In this document: positions 10,103-20,920 of the stretch, piece by piece
How positions within the stretch are numbered: position 1 is the stretch's first letter
How the letters are laid out: each line of letters opens with the position of its first letter
Made by a program: the position numbers and the translations under genes
Notes under the pieces: generated by a model
Database searches by the model: none
Told to the model about the DNA's origin: nothing
The model's input: only the letters and a program-made list of their open reading frames with translations
Source of the DNA: an uncultured Acidobacteriota bacterium
GTDB taxonomy: Bacteria > Acidobacteriota > Thermoanaerobaculia > Gp7-AA8
DNA: 64,000 nt
Direction of reading: 5' to 3'
Assembly: GCA_963741955.1 (NCBI GenBank)
Contig: CAVUKB010000010.1
Span: 224,001 to 288,000 of the forward strand

Positions 10103-12715
10103 CTACTCCACTTTCAGATGCCGGATCGGATCGCTCCGCACCACCAGGCGCGCGGGAATCGCGCCCGAGAGGACCGTCGCCAGGAATGTCGCCACGAGCA
10201 GGAGCGCGAGAGTGGACCACGGGGCGGCGAATTCGATCGTCCATCCGAACGACTGCCGGTTGATCACGAAGATCAGGATCCAGGAGAGTGCCCACCCCGA
10301 AGCCGCGCCGAGCACGGTCGCGGCGATTCCGATCACCGTCGCCTCCAGCGTCGACATCGCAGTCAGCTGTCCACGGGTCATTCCGGTCACCCGGAGCAGA
10401 GCGAGCTCGCGACGCCTTTCGAGCATCAACGCAGAGAGCGTGTTCACGATCCCCAGGACCGCCACGAGGATGGAGATCACCAGCAGGGCATAAGTGATCA
10501 GGAAAGTCTGATCGAAAATCCGCATCACCTCCTGCCGGATGTTCCGATTGGTGAGAACGAAGAGCCGGTATTTCGATCCCAGTCGCTTCTCGATGGCGAG
10601 TCTCGCCGCCTCGATGTCCGTTCCCTTTCGAAGGAAGATCGCAATCGTGCTGATCGAGTCGTCACCGAACATCGACACGTACAGTGCGCGGTCCATGACC
10701 ACCAGACCGCGATCGCTGGAATAGTCGCGATAGACGCCGGTGATCGGGAAGGGATGCATGCCGCTGGAGGTCGGGAGCGTCACTTCGTCTCCCACTCCCT
10801 TGTCGAACTTCAATCCGAAACTCTCGGAGACGATCACGCCCTTCTTCCGAATCGCGTCCCTCAACGCCTCCGAGGAGCTCCCGGGACTCACCATCGGGAG
10901 CTTTCCGAACCGCATCCCGACCTCGAAATCGCCGCTCCCGATCTCCACCAGGCGGTCGTGGTACACGACGTTCCGGCTGCGAAACCGGTCGTACGCCGCG
11001 ATGAAAGGTAGACCGTCCAGATCTGCCGAGATCGTCGCGGGGAAGACAGCGACCGCTTCGCTGCCGTTTCCGAGGCCGTGTGAGGGACGTAGCCAGAGGT
11101 CCGACTGGACTGTCTGTGCGACCCATGCCGCGACGGTTTCCCGGAAGCTCCCGATCATCAGAGCCACCGCGACCATCATTCCCACCGCAACTGAGAGTGC
11201 GGCGGTCGCTACCGCGGTCCGGCGAAGCGACGCGGGGATGCTCGCTGCAGCGAGGAGGCCCGGGACGGCGAAGATTCCGTGGAAGAGAGGCTTCAGGATC
11301 GCAGCCGTCCACCGCAGCACCGCGGGGGTGGCCACCGCGAGCGCACCGACGATCGCGATCACGGCCAGATACCCGCCCACCGCGACCCCGCGGATGGGCG
11401 GCACCCGGGTGAGGAGTGCCGCGGCGAGGGTCAGGCCTGCAGCGACTCCGACCAGGAGATTCTGTCGCGTTCCCGAGACCCGCTGGTAGATCCCCGGCCG
11501 GATGAGGGCATCCGGCCGCATGCGCGCGGCTTCCGCGGCCGGCTGAATCGCAGCGAAGATGGCAGTCAGCGTTCCGACGGCGAGAGCGGCCCACACCACC
11601 CCGCCGGTCAATTCGATCGTCTGCGGCGACGTGCGCACATAGAGGGAGTTGATGGTCCGGCCGATCAGGTCGAGAGTCGACCACGCCATCGCGTATCCCA
11701 GCCCGATCCCGGCTAGTGAACCGATGACCCCGAACGTGGCACCTTCGGTGAGAAATGCCGAAAACACCTGACGAGGAGACGCTCCGAGCGTCTTGAAGAT
11801 CCCGACGTCGCGCCGCCGCCGGAGAATGGAGATCAGAACGGTGTTGTAGACGAGGAAGATCCCGACCAGCAGAGCGATTCCAGCCAGGGCGAAGAGATTC
11901 ACCCGGAAGGCCTCGAGCATTTCGCCCACCCGCTGGTTCCGCCGCTGCGGGCGCTCGAAACGAGCCTGAGAGGGAATTGCAGCGAGAATCTCCTTCTGGA
12001 GAGACGGAGAGAGAGGTTCGGGAAGGAGGAGGTCGATCCGGGTGAGCTTTCCGATCATCCCGAAACTCCGCTGTGCGACGGAGATGTCGACCACGACAAT
12101 GTTTCCGTTGAACGACGTCGCCGGGCCGACCGGCTGAAGGATTCCGCGGATGACGAGCGGGCGTGGAACGCCCCCGACGTCGAGAACCAGATGGCTGCCG
12201 AGCCGGAGATCGTGCTCGTTCGCGAATCCGACCGGCACCACGGCCGATTCGCTCCGGAACAGCCCGAGGTAAGCCTGACCGCGTGAGAGCCCGCCGGTGC
12301 CGCTCCCCGGCGCGTTCCCGGTGACGATGCTCGCATAGCGGTAGTCACGGAATCGGAGATCGGAGAGGAGGTCGACGCCGAGGATGTGGACCGGGATGCC
12401 GCTGTCGGAGAGCGTGCCGTCGAGCTCGATCACCGGCGCGAAATGGCCACCGGAAGACCAGATCGGCCGAAGCCGTAGAAGGATCCGCTCGTCGAGCGGA
12501 CCGGCATCGGAAACGATCTGATAATTGGCGCGGCCGGCGATCGCGTCGACCGATTCCTCGAATGATCGGATGGCGCTCCGGTTCGCGAGCTGAATGGCGA
12601 CCAGGACTGCAACTCCGACTGCAACGCCTGCGACGGTCAGAAGTGAGCGGCCGATCTCGCGAGTGAGGGGCCGGAGGACGAGTCCCGAGAAGATGGTGCG
12701 GAAGCCGCCGCTCAC
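10103..12715 (-). CDS. FtsX-like ABC transporter permease (fused double module, AttF/G-like)
   Basis: Two MacB-PCD/FtsX modules; INRQSFGWTI C-terminal motif. Confidence 0.88.
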   Translation of the reverse strand: MSGGFRTIFSGLVLRPLTREIGRSLLTVAGVAVGVAVLVAIQLANRSAIRSFEESVDAIAGRANYQIVSDAGPLDERILLRLRPIWSSGGHFAPVIELDGTLSDSGIPVHILGVDLLSDLRFRDYRYASIVTGNAPGSGTGGLSRGQAYLGLFRSESAVVPVGFANEHDLRLGSHLVLDVGGVPRPLVIRGILQPVGPATSFNGNIVVVDISVAQRSFGMIGKLTRIDLLLPEPLSPSLQKEILAAIPSQARFERPQRRNQRVGEMLEAFRVNLFALAGIALLVGIFLVYNTVLISILRRRRDVGIFKTLGASPRQVFSAFLTEGATFGVIGSLAGIGLGYAMAWSTLDLIGRTINSLYVRTSPQTIELTGGVVWAALAVGTLTAIFAAIQPAAEAARMRPDALIRPGIYQRVSGTRQNLLVGVAAGLTLAAALLTRVPPIRGVAVGGYLAVIAIVGALAVATPAVLRWTAAILKPLFHGIFAVPGLLAAASIPASLRRTAVATAALSVAVGMMVAVALMIGSFRETVAAWVAQTVQSDLWLRPSHGLGNGSEAVAVFPATISADLDGLPFIAAYDRFRSRNVVYHDRLVEIGSGDFEVGMRFGKLPMVSPGSSSEALRDAIRKKGVIVSESFGLKFDKGVGDEVTLPTSSGMHPFPITGVYRDYSSDRGLVVMDRALYVSMFGDDSISTIAIFLRKGTDIEAARLAIEKRLGSKYRLFVLTNRNIRQEVMRIFDQTFLITYALLVISILVAVLGIVNTLSALMLERRRELALLRVTGMTRGQLTAMSTLEATVIGIAATVLGAASGWALSWILIFVINRQSFGWTIEFAAPWSTLALLLVATFLATVLSGAIPARLVVRSDPIRHLKVE

Positions 12716-13404
12716 TGCCGCTCCGCTCGTGCGACGGCCCCGTCGACGACTTCGATGCTCGACCCGCCGTATGCCGCCGCCCGCTCGGAGTGTGTCGCCA
12801 TCACGATGGTCGGCGAGTAGAGCTCGTGAATCGAGCGGATCAGCTCGAGGATCGAGTCGCCGGTGGTGGTGTCGAGATTTCCGGTCGGCTCGTCCGCGAG
12901 GATCAGCTCCGGAGAATGTACGATCGCCCGGGCAATGGCCACCCGCTGCATCTCGCCGCCAGAGAGCTGGTGGGGGAGATGCCCCGTGCGGCCGCCCAGT
13001 CCGACGCGCGCGAGGACCTCTTCAGTGAGGCCCCGGACTTCGCTGCGCGGGCGGCCCAGCAGTTCGAGAGGAAACGCGACATTCTCGGCGACCGTCAGTG
13101 TGGGAAGGAGGAGAAACGACTGGAAGATGAATCCGATCGAGCGGCGGCGCAGGATGGTGAGGTCGTGTTCCGAGAGTCGGGACGTTTCGGTCGCGCCGAG
13201 GAAGACCCGGCCGGCTGAAGGACGGTCCACCGCGCCCAGCAGATTGAGGAGCGTCGATTTCCCGCTGCCGGATGGTCCTTTGAGGATCGCGAATTCTCCC
13301 TCTGCGATCTCGAGCTCGACGTCGTGGAGGGCGAGGACTGCCGCGGATTCTTCGGTTTCTTCGTACTCGTGGCTCACGCCTTCGAGCCGGATCTCCAGTC
13401 CCAT
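12712..13404 (-). CDS. ABC transporter ATP-binding protein (LolD/AttE-like)
   Basis: [32 protein letters not shown]; 4-bp overlap with permease. Confidence 0.92.
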   Translation of the reverse strand: MGLEIRLEGVSHEYEETEESAAVLALHDVELEIAEGEFAILKGPSGSGKSTLLNLLGAVDRPSAGRVFLGATETSRLSEHDLTILRRRSIGFIFQSFLLLPTLTVAENVAFPLELLGRPRSEVRGLTEEVLARVGLGGRTGHLPHQLSGGEMQRVAIARAIVHSPELILADEPTGNLDTTTGDSILELIRSIHELYSPTIVMATHSERAAAYGGSSIEVVDGAVARAERQ

Positions 13405-13696
13405 CGCGTGTAAGAGTGCCAGAGTCGGGGAGAGAAGGAAACGGGCGGAGGCCCGGCTCCCGGAGACGGCGGTCGCGGCACGCGCGCTGCAAGCAGTCCG
13501 ATGCGGTCGTTTTTCAGCCGAGTGGATCCGCCTGAGGTGCCGGAGCCGGGGAGCGAATCGGACTCCGGCGGCGAATTGGATTTCGCCGAACAGGGCCGTT
13601 CGCACTCGGGCGACATAAGTTGTAATTCACGAACTTTGGTGATGTGATAACCCCCCACCGGCGCGGAATCGCGCGGTGAGTAACATGGAGGTAGGC

Positions 13697-14032
13697 ATGG
13701 CAGAGGAGAGAGAACAGCCCACCGGCAGGACTCCGGAGTCGAGCTCGACCTCGACCGGTGCGAAAGTCAATCGCGCAAAAGAATTCGTCGAACAGAAGTA
13801 CTCCGAGGCGAGTGAGAACGTGAAAGAGAAATTCGATTCGGCATCCGAGTCGATGAAAAACCGCTACTCGGCCGTGCGTGAGAAAGTTCAGGACGTCGAT
13901 CTTCAGGGAATGAGTGAGCGTCTGCGCGCGTACGTGCAGGCCAACCCCGGAAAGGCGTTGCTCATGTCGATCGGTGTCGGGTTCGTGGTCGGCCTGATGC
14001 TGCGGCGCCGCGGCGATGAAGAGGAAGAGTAG
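13697..14032 (+). CDS. DUF883/ElaB-YqjD-like tail-anchored protein
   Basis: YVQANPGKALLMSIGVGFVVGLMLRRR C-terminus; SD GGAGG. Confidence 0.8.
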   Translation: MAEEREQPTGRTPESSSTSTGAKVNRAKEFVEQKYSEASENVKEKFDSASESMKNRYSAVREKVQDVDLQGMSERLRAYVQANPGKALLMSIGVGFVVGLMLRRRGDEEEE

Positions 14033-14044
14033 GAGGGTTCGGCG

Positions 14045-14371
14045 TTGATTGAAGAGGAATTCGACAGTTCAGCCGAAGGCGTGGACTACGAGGACGTGGT
14101 TCGGGATCGCGCCGCTGCGATGGGCTCGGCCCTGTTCGAAGGCGGCCCTCAGGCGCTGTTCGACGAGATCGAGAATCTTCTCCCGGAAGCGTGGCGTGAA
14201 CAGGTGGTCCGATTTCCGATCGCCGCCATTCTTCTCGGAGCGGGGATCGGGTTCCTCGTCGGCTACAAGAAGGGGGATGATGCGATCGCTGCCGGATCGT
14301 CAATGGTGGCGGCGCTGGCCACCACCAGCATCAATTCGATGCTGGCCTCCAAGCTCGGGGGCCACGGGTAG
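14045..14371 (+). CDS. small membrane protein, DUF883-like
   Basis: VVRFPIAAILLGAGIGFLVG hydrophobic segment; SD GGAGG before TTG. Confidence 0.6.
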   Translation: MIEEEFDSSAEGVDYEDVVRDRAAAMGSALFEGGPQALFDEIENLLPEAWREQVVRFPIAAILLGAGIGFLVGYKKGDDAIAAGSSMVAALATTSINSMLASKLGGHG

Positions 14372-14382
14372 ACGGAGCCGCC

Positions 14383-16992
14383 GTGGCGCTCGAGCCGTTC
14401 CTCGAGTCCGTCCGCCGGACGAGACTGTCCAACGGATTGACCCTCCTCACGCGTGAGGAGCGGGGCCGCGGCGTGGTGGCCATCAAAACCTGGGTCCGCG
14501 CGGGCTACTTCCACGAACCGGACGAGGTCGCCGGGATGGCGCACCTCTTCGAGCACATGTTCTTCAAAGGCTCGAAGCGGTTTCCCGGAGCCGACGAGAT
14601 CTCGACTCACGTCACCGGACTCGGCGGATACAGCAACGCCGGGACCATCTACGATTCGACGAACTACTACTTCGTTCTCCCTTCCGATGGGTTCGCGAAA
14701 GGGATGGAGATCCAGGCGGACGCCATCGCCAATCCCCTCTTCGACCCCGAGGAGTTGAAGCGCGAAGCGGAAGTGGTGATCGAAGAATCCAACCGGAAGT
14801 TCGACAATCCACCCGCCGTCGCCACGGAGCGGATGTTCGCCAACGCGTTCACCCGTCACCGGATGCGAAGGTGGCGCATCGGCTCCAACGACGTTCTCCG
14901 GAACATCCGCCGCGAAGACCTTCTCGCGTTCTTCCAGACCCTCTACCGACCGTCGAACATCATCGTTTCCGTTGCGGGTGACGTACCGCAACAGAAGATG
15001 ATCGAGATCGCGGAGAGCACGTTCGGGACGATCCCGGAGGGGGAGCTCCGGAAGGAGCGTGGCCCGGATGAACCTCCGCAGGAGGAGTTTCGTTTCGGTG
15101 AGTCGTTCGCCGACATCCAGCAGGGTTACTCGGTCTTCGGCTGGCACACTCCGGGCGAGAACCACGAGGACGAAGAGGCTCTCGTGATCGCAGCTTCGAT
15201 CCTCGGCGCGGGCCGCTATTCACGACTTTTCCGGAGTGCCGTCGCTCCCGACGCCGCGAGCTCGGTCAGCGCATTCAATTCGGTCTACGAAGACGTGGGG
15301 ATGTTCATCGTCCGTGGGGCATACGACCCGGCGAAGCGGGAGACGACCGAGCGTCGGATCATGGAGGGCATCGAACGATTCAAGCAGTGGGGGCCGGTCG
15401 CCTACGAGCTCGAGCTTGCGAGAAACCGCATCGAGGCGGCATTCGTCTTCGAGCTCGAAGACGTTCTGGGGCAGGCCGACACCCTCGCCTATTTCGAAGC
15501 GAGAGGCGGCTACGAGAAAATCTCTGCCCATCTCGACCGGATCGCGGCTCTCGACGCGGAACGGATACGCGAAGTCGTCAACCGCTATCTGCAGACTGAA
15601 AACCTGACCCTCTTCCGGCACCTTCCTCATGGCGTCGCGCCCTCGACGCGGGAGTCCGCGCTGGAACTGCTGCGCGGCACGGGAAGGGATGCGCTCGAAT
15701 CTCCTCCGGAGATCCCCCTGCCGGAGATCGCGGCCGGATTCAAAGGAGCCACGTCGAAAGATTCCACTCGCAGCTTCGTCCTCTCCAACGGTATGTCGCT
15801 CTACGTGCGGGAACGGATGGGAACTCCGGCAGTCTCCATGGCGATCTACTTCCGCGGAGGGAGAGTCCGGGAGAACACCTCGAACGCCGGCATCACCCAG
15901 CTGATGGCCCGCAGCATGCGCCGCGGCACCCGCGACCGGAGCGGCGAAGAGATCGATCGCGAGATCGAGCTCCTTGGCACTCAGATCGGTCTGGTGGTCG
16001 ACGAAGACTTCTTCGGATTCAAACTCGAAGTGCTGCGGAAGTTTTACGAGCCCGCGGCGGAGATCCTCGCGGATGTCGTCCTCGCGCCGGTCTTTCCGGA
16101 GGAGAAGATCGCGGAAGAGCAGCACCTGCAGATCGCGTCGATCCGCCGTGCGCTCGATTCGTCTTCCGCCCGTCCCTTCCAGCTTCTCTTCGGAGCCCTC
16201 TACGGTCCACATCCTTACGGCCTCCCCGACGGGGGATTCGTTCCGGTGATCGAATCTCTCGGACGCGACGACCTCGTCTCCTGGTACGAGGGGCACATCG
16301 TCGCGGACGGTGCGACGATCGTGGTCACCGGCGACGTCGATTCAGAAGGAGTCCGCGACTCGATGGAGCGGGTGTTCGGCCGTCTCGGAAAGAGCCGGGG
16401 CCTCCATCGCCCACTGACTCCGCCGGTCGAACCGGGCACGCGCCTCGAGACGATCGAAGTGCGCGACCGGAAGCAGACCGCAATCGCGATCGCTTTTCCC
16501 TCCGTTCCGCCGTCGCATCCCGACTGGGCCGTTCTCCGGCTGCTGCAGGACGTGGCGTCGGGAGCGGCCGGCCGACTGTACGTCGAGCTCCGAAGCAAGC
16601 GCTCGCTCGCATACTCCGTCTATGCCGGTGACTCTTCCCGCGAGCTCGCCGGTGCGTTCGTCGCCTACATCGCGACCGAAGCAGGGAAGGAAGAAGAGGC
16701 GAGAAGGAGTCTCCTCGACGAGTTGCAGAGGCTTGGAGGAGACGGTACCACCGAGGAGGGGATCACCCGGGCGAAGGCGTACCTCGCCGGCTCGACGAAG
16801 ATCCATCTGCAGACCAACGCCGCGCTGGCTGGGGAGATCGCGAGGAGCGTCCTCTACGGGCTGGGCCTCGACTTCACGGAGCGGTTTCTGGAGAGGATCC
16901 ACGCGATCTCCCTCGATGAGATCAGAGACATTGCGAAAAAGTATCTCCAAGTCGACAATTACGTTGTGGCCATAGTGAGGGGGCGAAGCTGA
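14383..16992 (+). CDS. M16 family zinc peptidase (pitrilysin-like, fused halves)
   Basis: GMAHLFEHMFFKGS inverted HxxEH; second inactive half beginning LSNGM. Confidence 0.92.
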   Translation: MALEPFLESVRRTRLSNGLTLLTREERGRGVVAIKTWVRAGYFHEPDEVAGMAHLFEHMFFKGSKRFPGADEISTHVTGLGGYSNAGTIYDSTNYYFVLPSDGFAKGMEIQADAIANPLFDPEELKREAEVVIEESNRKFDNPPAVATERMFANAFTRHRMRRWRIGSNDVLRNIRREDLLAFFQTLYRPSNIIVSVAGDVPQQKMIEIAESTFGTIPEGELRKERGPDEPPQEEFRFGESFADIQQGYSVFGWHTPGENHEDEEALVIAASILGAGRYSRLFRSAVAPDAASSVSAFNSVYEDVGMFIVRGAYDPAKRETTERRIMEGIERFKQWGPVAYELELARNRIEAAFVFELEDVLGQADTLAYFEARGGYEKISAHLDRIAALDAERIREVVNRYLQTENLTLFRHLPHGVAPSTRESALELLRGTGRDALESPPEIPLPEIAAGFKGATSKDSTRSFVLSNGMSLYVRERMGTPAVSMAIYFRGGRVRENTSNAGITQLMARSMRRGTRDRSGEEIDREIELLGTQIGLVVDEDFFGFKLEVLRKFYEPAAEILADVVLAPVFPEEKIAEEQHLQIASIRRALDSSSARPFQLLFGALYGPHPYGLPDGGFVPVIESLGRDDLVSWYEGHIVADGATIVVTGDVDSEGVRDSMERVFGRLGKSRGLHRPLTPPVEPGTRLETIEVRDRKQTAIAIAFPSVPPSHPDWAVLRLLQDVASGAAGRLYVELRSKRSLAYSVYAGDSSRELAGAFVAYIATEAGKEEEARRSLLDELQRLGGDGTTEEGITRAKAYLAGSTKIHLQTNAALAGEIARSVLYGLGLDFTERFLERIHAISLDEIRDIAKKYLQVDNYVVAIVRGRS

Positions 16993-16993
16993 G

Positions 16994-17476
16994 GTGGACG
17001 GCTTGAGCGACGGATTCGACGAGCTTCTGGTCAGTGCGGAGTCGGGGTTCTACGATCTCGATCAGATCGCACAGGAGATTCATCGCGAGTATTTTCCCAA
17101 GTACTCCCGGCCGGAGATCCGGTGGGGAAAGCGCATCCGGCGGAAAAGGCGGAGCAGCATCCGGCTCGGCTCCTACCATCGCACGACCGAAGTGATCCGG
17201 ATCCATCCGCTCCTCGACTCGCCGGAAGTCCCGCATTTCTTCATCCAGTCGATCGTCTTCCACGAGTTTCTCCATCACGTACTCGGCGGGGCGCACAACC
17301 GCCGCTTCCACAGGCACGAGCACCGCTTCCGCTACCACCGCGAAGCACGCGAGTGGCTCAGGCACAATCTTCCCGTGCTTCTCGGGCACCGCGTCCGTCC
17401 CGCGCGTTCCACGCCGCCGCAGAGCGGGAGTCTTCCCGCGCCGGCGCCGAAGCCGCAACAGCTCTCACTCTGGTAG
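16994..17476 (+). CDS. SprT/YgjP-like zincin metalloprotein
   Basis: RLGSY...IRIHPLLD...HEFLHH...HNRRF. Confidence 0.75.
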   Translation: MDGLSDGFDELLVSAESGFYDLDQIAQEIHREYFPKYSRPEIRWGKRIRRKRRSSIRLGSYHRTTEVIRIHPLLDSPEVPHFFIQSIVFHEFLHHVLGGAHNRRFHRHEHRFRYHREAREWLRHNLPVLLGHRVRPARSTPPQSGSLPAPAPKPQQLSLW

Positions 17477-17661
17477 CTCCGCCGCCGCCGGCCGCGACGC
17501 CGAACCGCGAACCACAGCAGCCTCGGCGAGCCCCGGGCGCTCACTGCGAGCGTGATCTCTGAGATCCGGACCTCCGCGCCGGAGCGCACCGATGATTTCC
17601 GCCCCGTGCGATGGTCTATCCTTGCGAAGAGACGAGTTCCTCAACGCGAAGGAGAATCGAG

Positions 17662-18168
17662 ATGCCGGTCAAAGCGCAGAAGATCACCCCGTTCCTCTGG
17701 TTCGACAGCAACGCTGAAGCAGCGGCGGAGTTCTACACCTCGGTGTTCCCGAATTCGAAGATCACCAGGACCACGCGGTACGAGAAGAACGGAGCCGCCG
17801 CGTCAGGAAGACCCGAAGGATCGGTGATGACCGTGGTCTTCGAGCTCGAGGGGCAGGAGTTCGTCGGGATCAACGGAGGTCCGCACTTCAGGTTCACCGA
17901 GGCCGTCTCGTTCGTCGTGAACTGCGACTCTCAGGAGGAGGTCGACTTCTATTGGGAGAAGCTCTCGGCGGGAGGCGACGAGAGCGCGCAGCAGTGCGGA
18001 TGGCTCAAGGACCGCTTCGGTCTTTCGTGGCAGGTCGTTCCGCGGAATCTCGCGCAGTACGTCGGCAATCCCGATCCGGCGAAAGCGGACCGCGCGATGA
18101 AGGCCATCCTCGGAATGAAGAAGCTCGATCTCGAGAGGCTTCGCCGCATCGCTGAAGGCGAAGAATAG
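17662..18168 (+). CDS. VOC family / PhnB-like protein
   Basis: KITPFLWFD, NGGPHF, QCGWLKDRFGLSWQV. Confidence 0.9.
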   Translation: MPVKAQKITPFLWFDSNAEAAAEFYTSVFPNSKITRTTRYEKNGAAASGRPEGSVMTVVFELEGQEFVGINGGPHFRFTEAVSFVVNCDSQEEVDFYWEKLSAGGDESAQQCGWLKDRFGLSWQVVPRNLAQYVGNPDPAKADRAMKAILGMKKLDLERLRRIAEGEE

Positions 18169-18207
18169 TCCTGCGTGCGATGCATCGAGCCGGTCATGCG
18201 CCGTGCG

Positions 18208-18240
18208 CGATGCTCCCCGGACTCACTCCGGGGAGCATCG
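18208..18240. terminator. perfect 14-bp stem-loop between convergent genes
   Basis: CGATGCTCCCCGGA-ctcac-TCCGGGGAGCATCG; no clear U-tract. Confidence 0.5.
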
Positions 18241-18298
18241 GATAGGCGGAACTGGACCGTACGTGCGGCGGGTGGGGAGGCCGGCACCCACCACGCCG

Positions 18299-19693
18299 CT
18301 ACACCGATGCGCCCTGATCCACGTCCATCGGGAACGTCAGCGAGTAGATGTACCGTCCCCGCGCGACCGACAGGACGATCGACGAACGGTCCGCACCGTT
18401 GATCATTTCCGAGTTCAGATCTTTCACCGAGCCGACGTCGGCACCGTTGACTCCGACGATCAGGTCACCTGGCGCGAGCCCGATCTGATCCGCCCGCGAA
18501 CCACGATCCACCGAAGACACCACGATGTTCCCTCCGCGATCCGTAGCGCTGATACCGGTGACGTCGCGGAGGATCTGCAAGCCGAGGTTCCGCGGCGGCT
18601 CCACCGGGGTGAGGGAGATGGTCTGCTTCCCTCCTCCGCGGACCACGGTCAGAGGAATGGGTGAGTCCGCGGAAACCGTCGCCGTGTACGTGTTGAACCC
18701 TTCGCGCGAATCGACCGCGTGGCCGTCGACCGAGGTGATGATGTCGCCGCGCCGGAGCCCGGCCCGCTCCGCGGGGGAGCCGGAGAAGACGTGAGCGACG
18801 AGCGCTCCCTGTGCGACGCCGAGTCCCATCCGCTTTGCTTCTTCGCGCGTCACGGTCGTCGTCGCTACGCCGATCCACGCCGAGTGGAACGAGCCGTAAC
18901 GAAGCAGATCTCCGATCACCTTCTTCGCCCGGTCGACCGGAATCGCGAACCCGATATTCTGCGCCTGCGCGTAGATCGCCACGTTGATGCCGATCACCCG
19001 TCCCTCGATGTTGAGGAGCGGTCCACCCGAGTTCCCTGGATTGATCGATGCGTCGGTCTGAATGAAGTCGGTGAATGTCCGTCCGGCATTCTTCTCCGGA
19101 ACCGAGCGCCCGAGCGCGGAGACCACGCCCGTAGTCACCGAGCCGCTCAGTCCGAATGGATTTCCCACCGCGATCACCGTCTCCCCGATCAGGAGATCAG
19201 ACGAGGTCCCGATCGGGGCGGCAGGGAGTCCTGTAGCCTTGACCCTCAGCACGGCGAGGTCGCTGTCGGGATCGACGCCGATCACCGTGGCCGGAAACTG
19301 TCTCCCGTCCTGAAGGTTGACCGAAATTCTCGAAGCACCCTCTATGACGTGGTTGTTGGTCACGATGATCCCGTCGCTCTGCCAGACGAATCCCGATCCG
19401 ATCGATTCGGTCTGCACCGCGCGGTCCGGCTGAAAGAATCCGAAGAACGGGTCCATGGTCCGCTGGCGGATCACCGCCTCGGCCTGAATGTTCACCACCG
19501 AGGGGAGGATGTTGTGGGCGGCGACGACCACCGGGGTGATCCTCTTCGCGCTCACCGACTTCGGGATCGCTGGCGGCTTGGCCTGCGCCACCGGTGGCGC
19601 CTGGGCCTCAGCCGTCTCTGCATTCTGACGGCACGCCGGAAGAATGGTCAGAAGAACGAAGAGGAACGTGACGAGGCTGTTGAGCTTCTTCAT
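18299..19693 (-). CDS. HtrA/DegP-like serine protease with two PDZ domains, probable lipoprotein
   Basis: TNNHVI, DLAVL, QTDASINPGNSGGPL; ILPAC lipobox-like. Confidence 0.92.
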   Translation of the reverse strand: MKKLNSLVTFLFVLLTILPACRQNAETAEAQAPPVAQAKPPAIPKSVSAKRITPVVVAAHNILPSVVNIQAEAVIRQRTMDPFFGFFQPDRAVQTESIGSGFVWQSDGIIVTNNHVIEGASRISVNLQDGRQFPATVIGVDPDSDLAVLRVKATGLPAAPIGTSSDLLIGETVIAVGNPFGLSGSVTTGVVSALGRSVPEKNAGRTFTDFIQTDASINPGNSGGPLLNIEGRVIGINVAIYAQAQNIGFAIPVDRAKKVIGDLLRYGSFHSAWIGVATTTVTREEAKRMGLGVAQGALVAHVFSGSPAERAGLRRGDIITSVDGHAVDSREGFNTYTATVSADSPIPLTVVRGGGKQTISLTPVEPPRNLGLQILRDVTGISATDRGGNIVVSSVDRGSRADQIGLAPGDLIVGVNGADVGSVKDLNSEMINGADRSSIVLSVARGRYIYSLTFPMDVDQGASV

Positions 19694-19791
19694 GGCGGCC
19701 TATTCTATCGCTCCCGATGGCTCGATTCAGACCACCTGTTTTGGGTGCCGGGAGTGGCAGATCAAGGATGAGCCGGGTAGACTTTCCCTCC

Positions 19792-20670
19792 ATGCGGCTG
19801 AAGATGATCGTCAACCCCACGGCTGGGCGTGGCCGTGCCCACTCCCACATGCACCAGGCACTCCGGATGCTGCTCGACCGCGGTGCGGAAGTTGACGTGG
19901 CCGAGAGCCGGAACCGCGAAGAGCTGATCCGATTCGGCGCTGAGGCGTCCAGCGACGGCCACGATCGGGTGGTGATCTGTGGCGGCGACGGGACGATTCA
20001 CCTGGCCATCCGCGAGATGGACCTCGCAGCGACGGATGTCGCGATCATCCCGCTGGGGTCAGGGGACGATTTCTCGAAGCGTTCCGGTGTCCCGATGAAG
20101 CTGGAGGAAGCATGTGACGCCGTCGTCCACGGCGAGGTCCACGAGATCGACGTCGCGCTCGCGAACGGGATCCGCTATCTCGGCGTCGCCGGGTTCGGAT
20201 TCGACTCGGAGGTCACCCGTTTCGCGAACGAGGAAGTGAAGTGGCTGCGCGGGCCGTTGATCTATCTCTGGTCGATCCTGAACGTTCTCCCGCGCTTTCG
20301 CCCGCACCGGCTCCTCTATTCCGCGGACGGCGAGCAGAGAGACGAAGAGATCATGTTCACGGTCGTCAGCAATTCGGGGAGCTACGGCGGCGGGATCCGC
20401 ATTGCGCCGCTGTCGAAACTCGATGATCACCTCCTCGATCTCTGCGTGGTGCGGCGCTGCACGAAATGGGATCTGATCCGGACCCTCCCTCTGGCCTACA
20501 CCGGAGGACACGTCCGTCGGCCGTTCGTCCGGATGGAGAGCGGGACCGATTTTCGGTTCGACACGGACGAACCGATGGCGGTGTACGCGGACGGAGAGCC
20601 GGTGGGTACGACGCCGTTACACGTGACGCTCGCCCCCGAGAGACTGAGGCTGGTCCTTCCGAAGAGGTGA
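19792..20670 (+). CDS. diacylglycerol/lipid kinase family (YegS/DagK)
   Basis: IVNPTAG, GGDGT, IPLGSGDDF, YGGG, ADGE. Confidence 0.9.
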   Translation: MRLKMIVNPTAGRGRAHSHMHQALRMLLDRGAEVDVAESRNREELIRFGAEASSDGHDRVVICGGDGTIHLAIREMDLAATDVAIIPLGSGDDFSKRSGVPMKLEEACDAVVHGEVHEIDVALANGIRYLGVAGFGFDSEVTRFANEEVKWLRGPLIYLWSILNVLPRFRPHRLLYSADGEQRDEEIMFTVVSNSGSYGGGIRIAPLSKLDDHLLDLCVVRRCTKWDLIRTLPLAYTGGHVRRPFVRMESGTDFRFDTDEPMAVYADGEPVGTTPLHVTLAPERLRLVLPKR

Positions 20671-20920
20671 GCGGAACAGATCCGTTTTGGCGCACTGGTC
20701 ACCGCGAGTCGGACCTCAGCCCCCGCTGGCAGGCCCAGGTTCGGAGAAAAGCCCCCCCAACCAGGTGCGATCCCCGATATGGGGCGGCCGGTGGGGGCGA
20801 AAGTTGCAATTCCGTCAATTCGGCCCCATCCATGGCCTCACGGGGAATCGCAGCGTCGATCCACCGATTCTGAGTCAGCGTCATCGACGGTTCAGGCCGA
20901 CTCGACTAAGGAGCAAGTGC

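Noticed and set aside
13476-13492. sigma54 box CGGCACGCGCGCTGCA
   Set aside because: About 200 bp from the next start and GC-rich, so chance is likely
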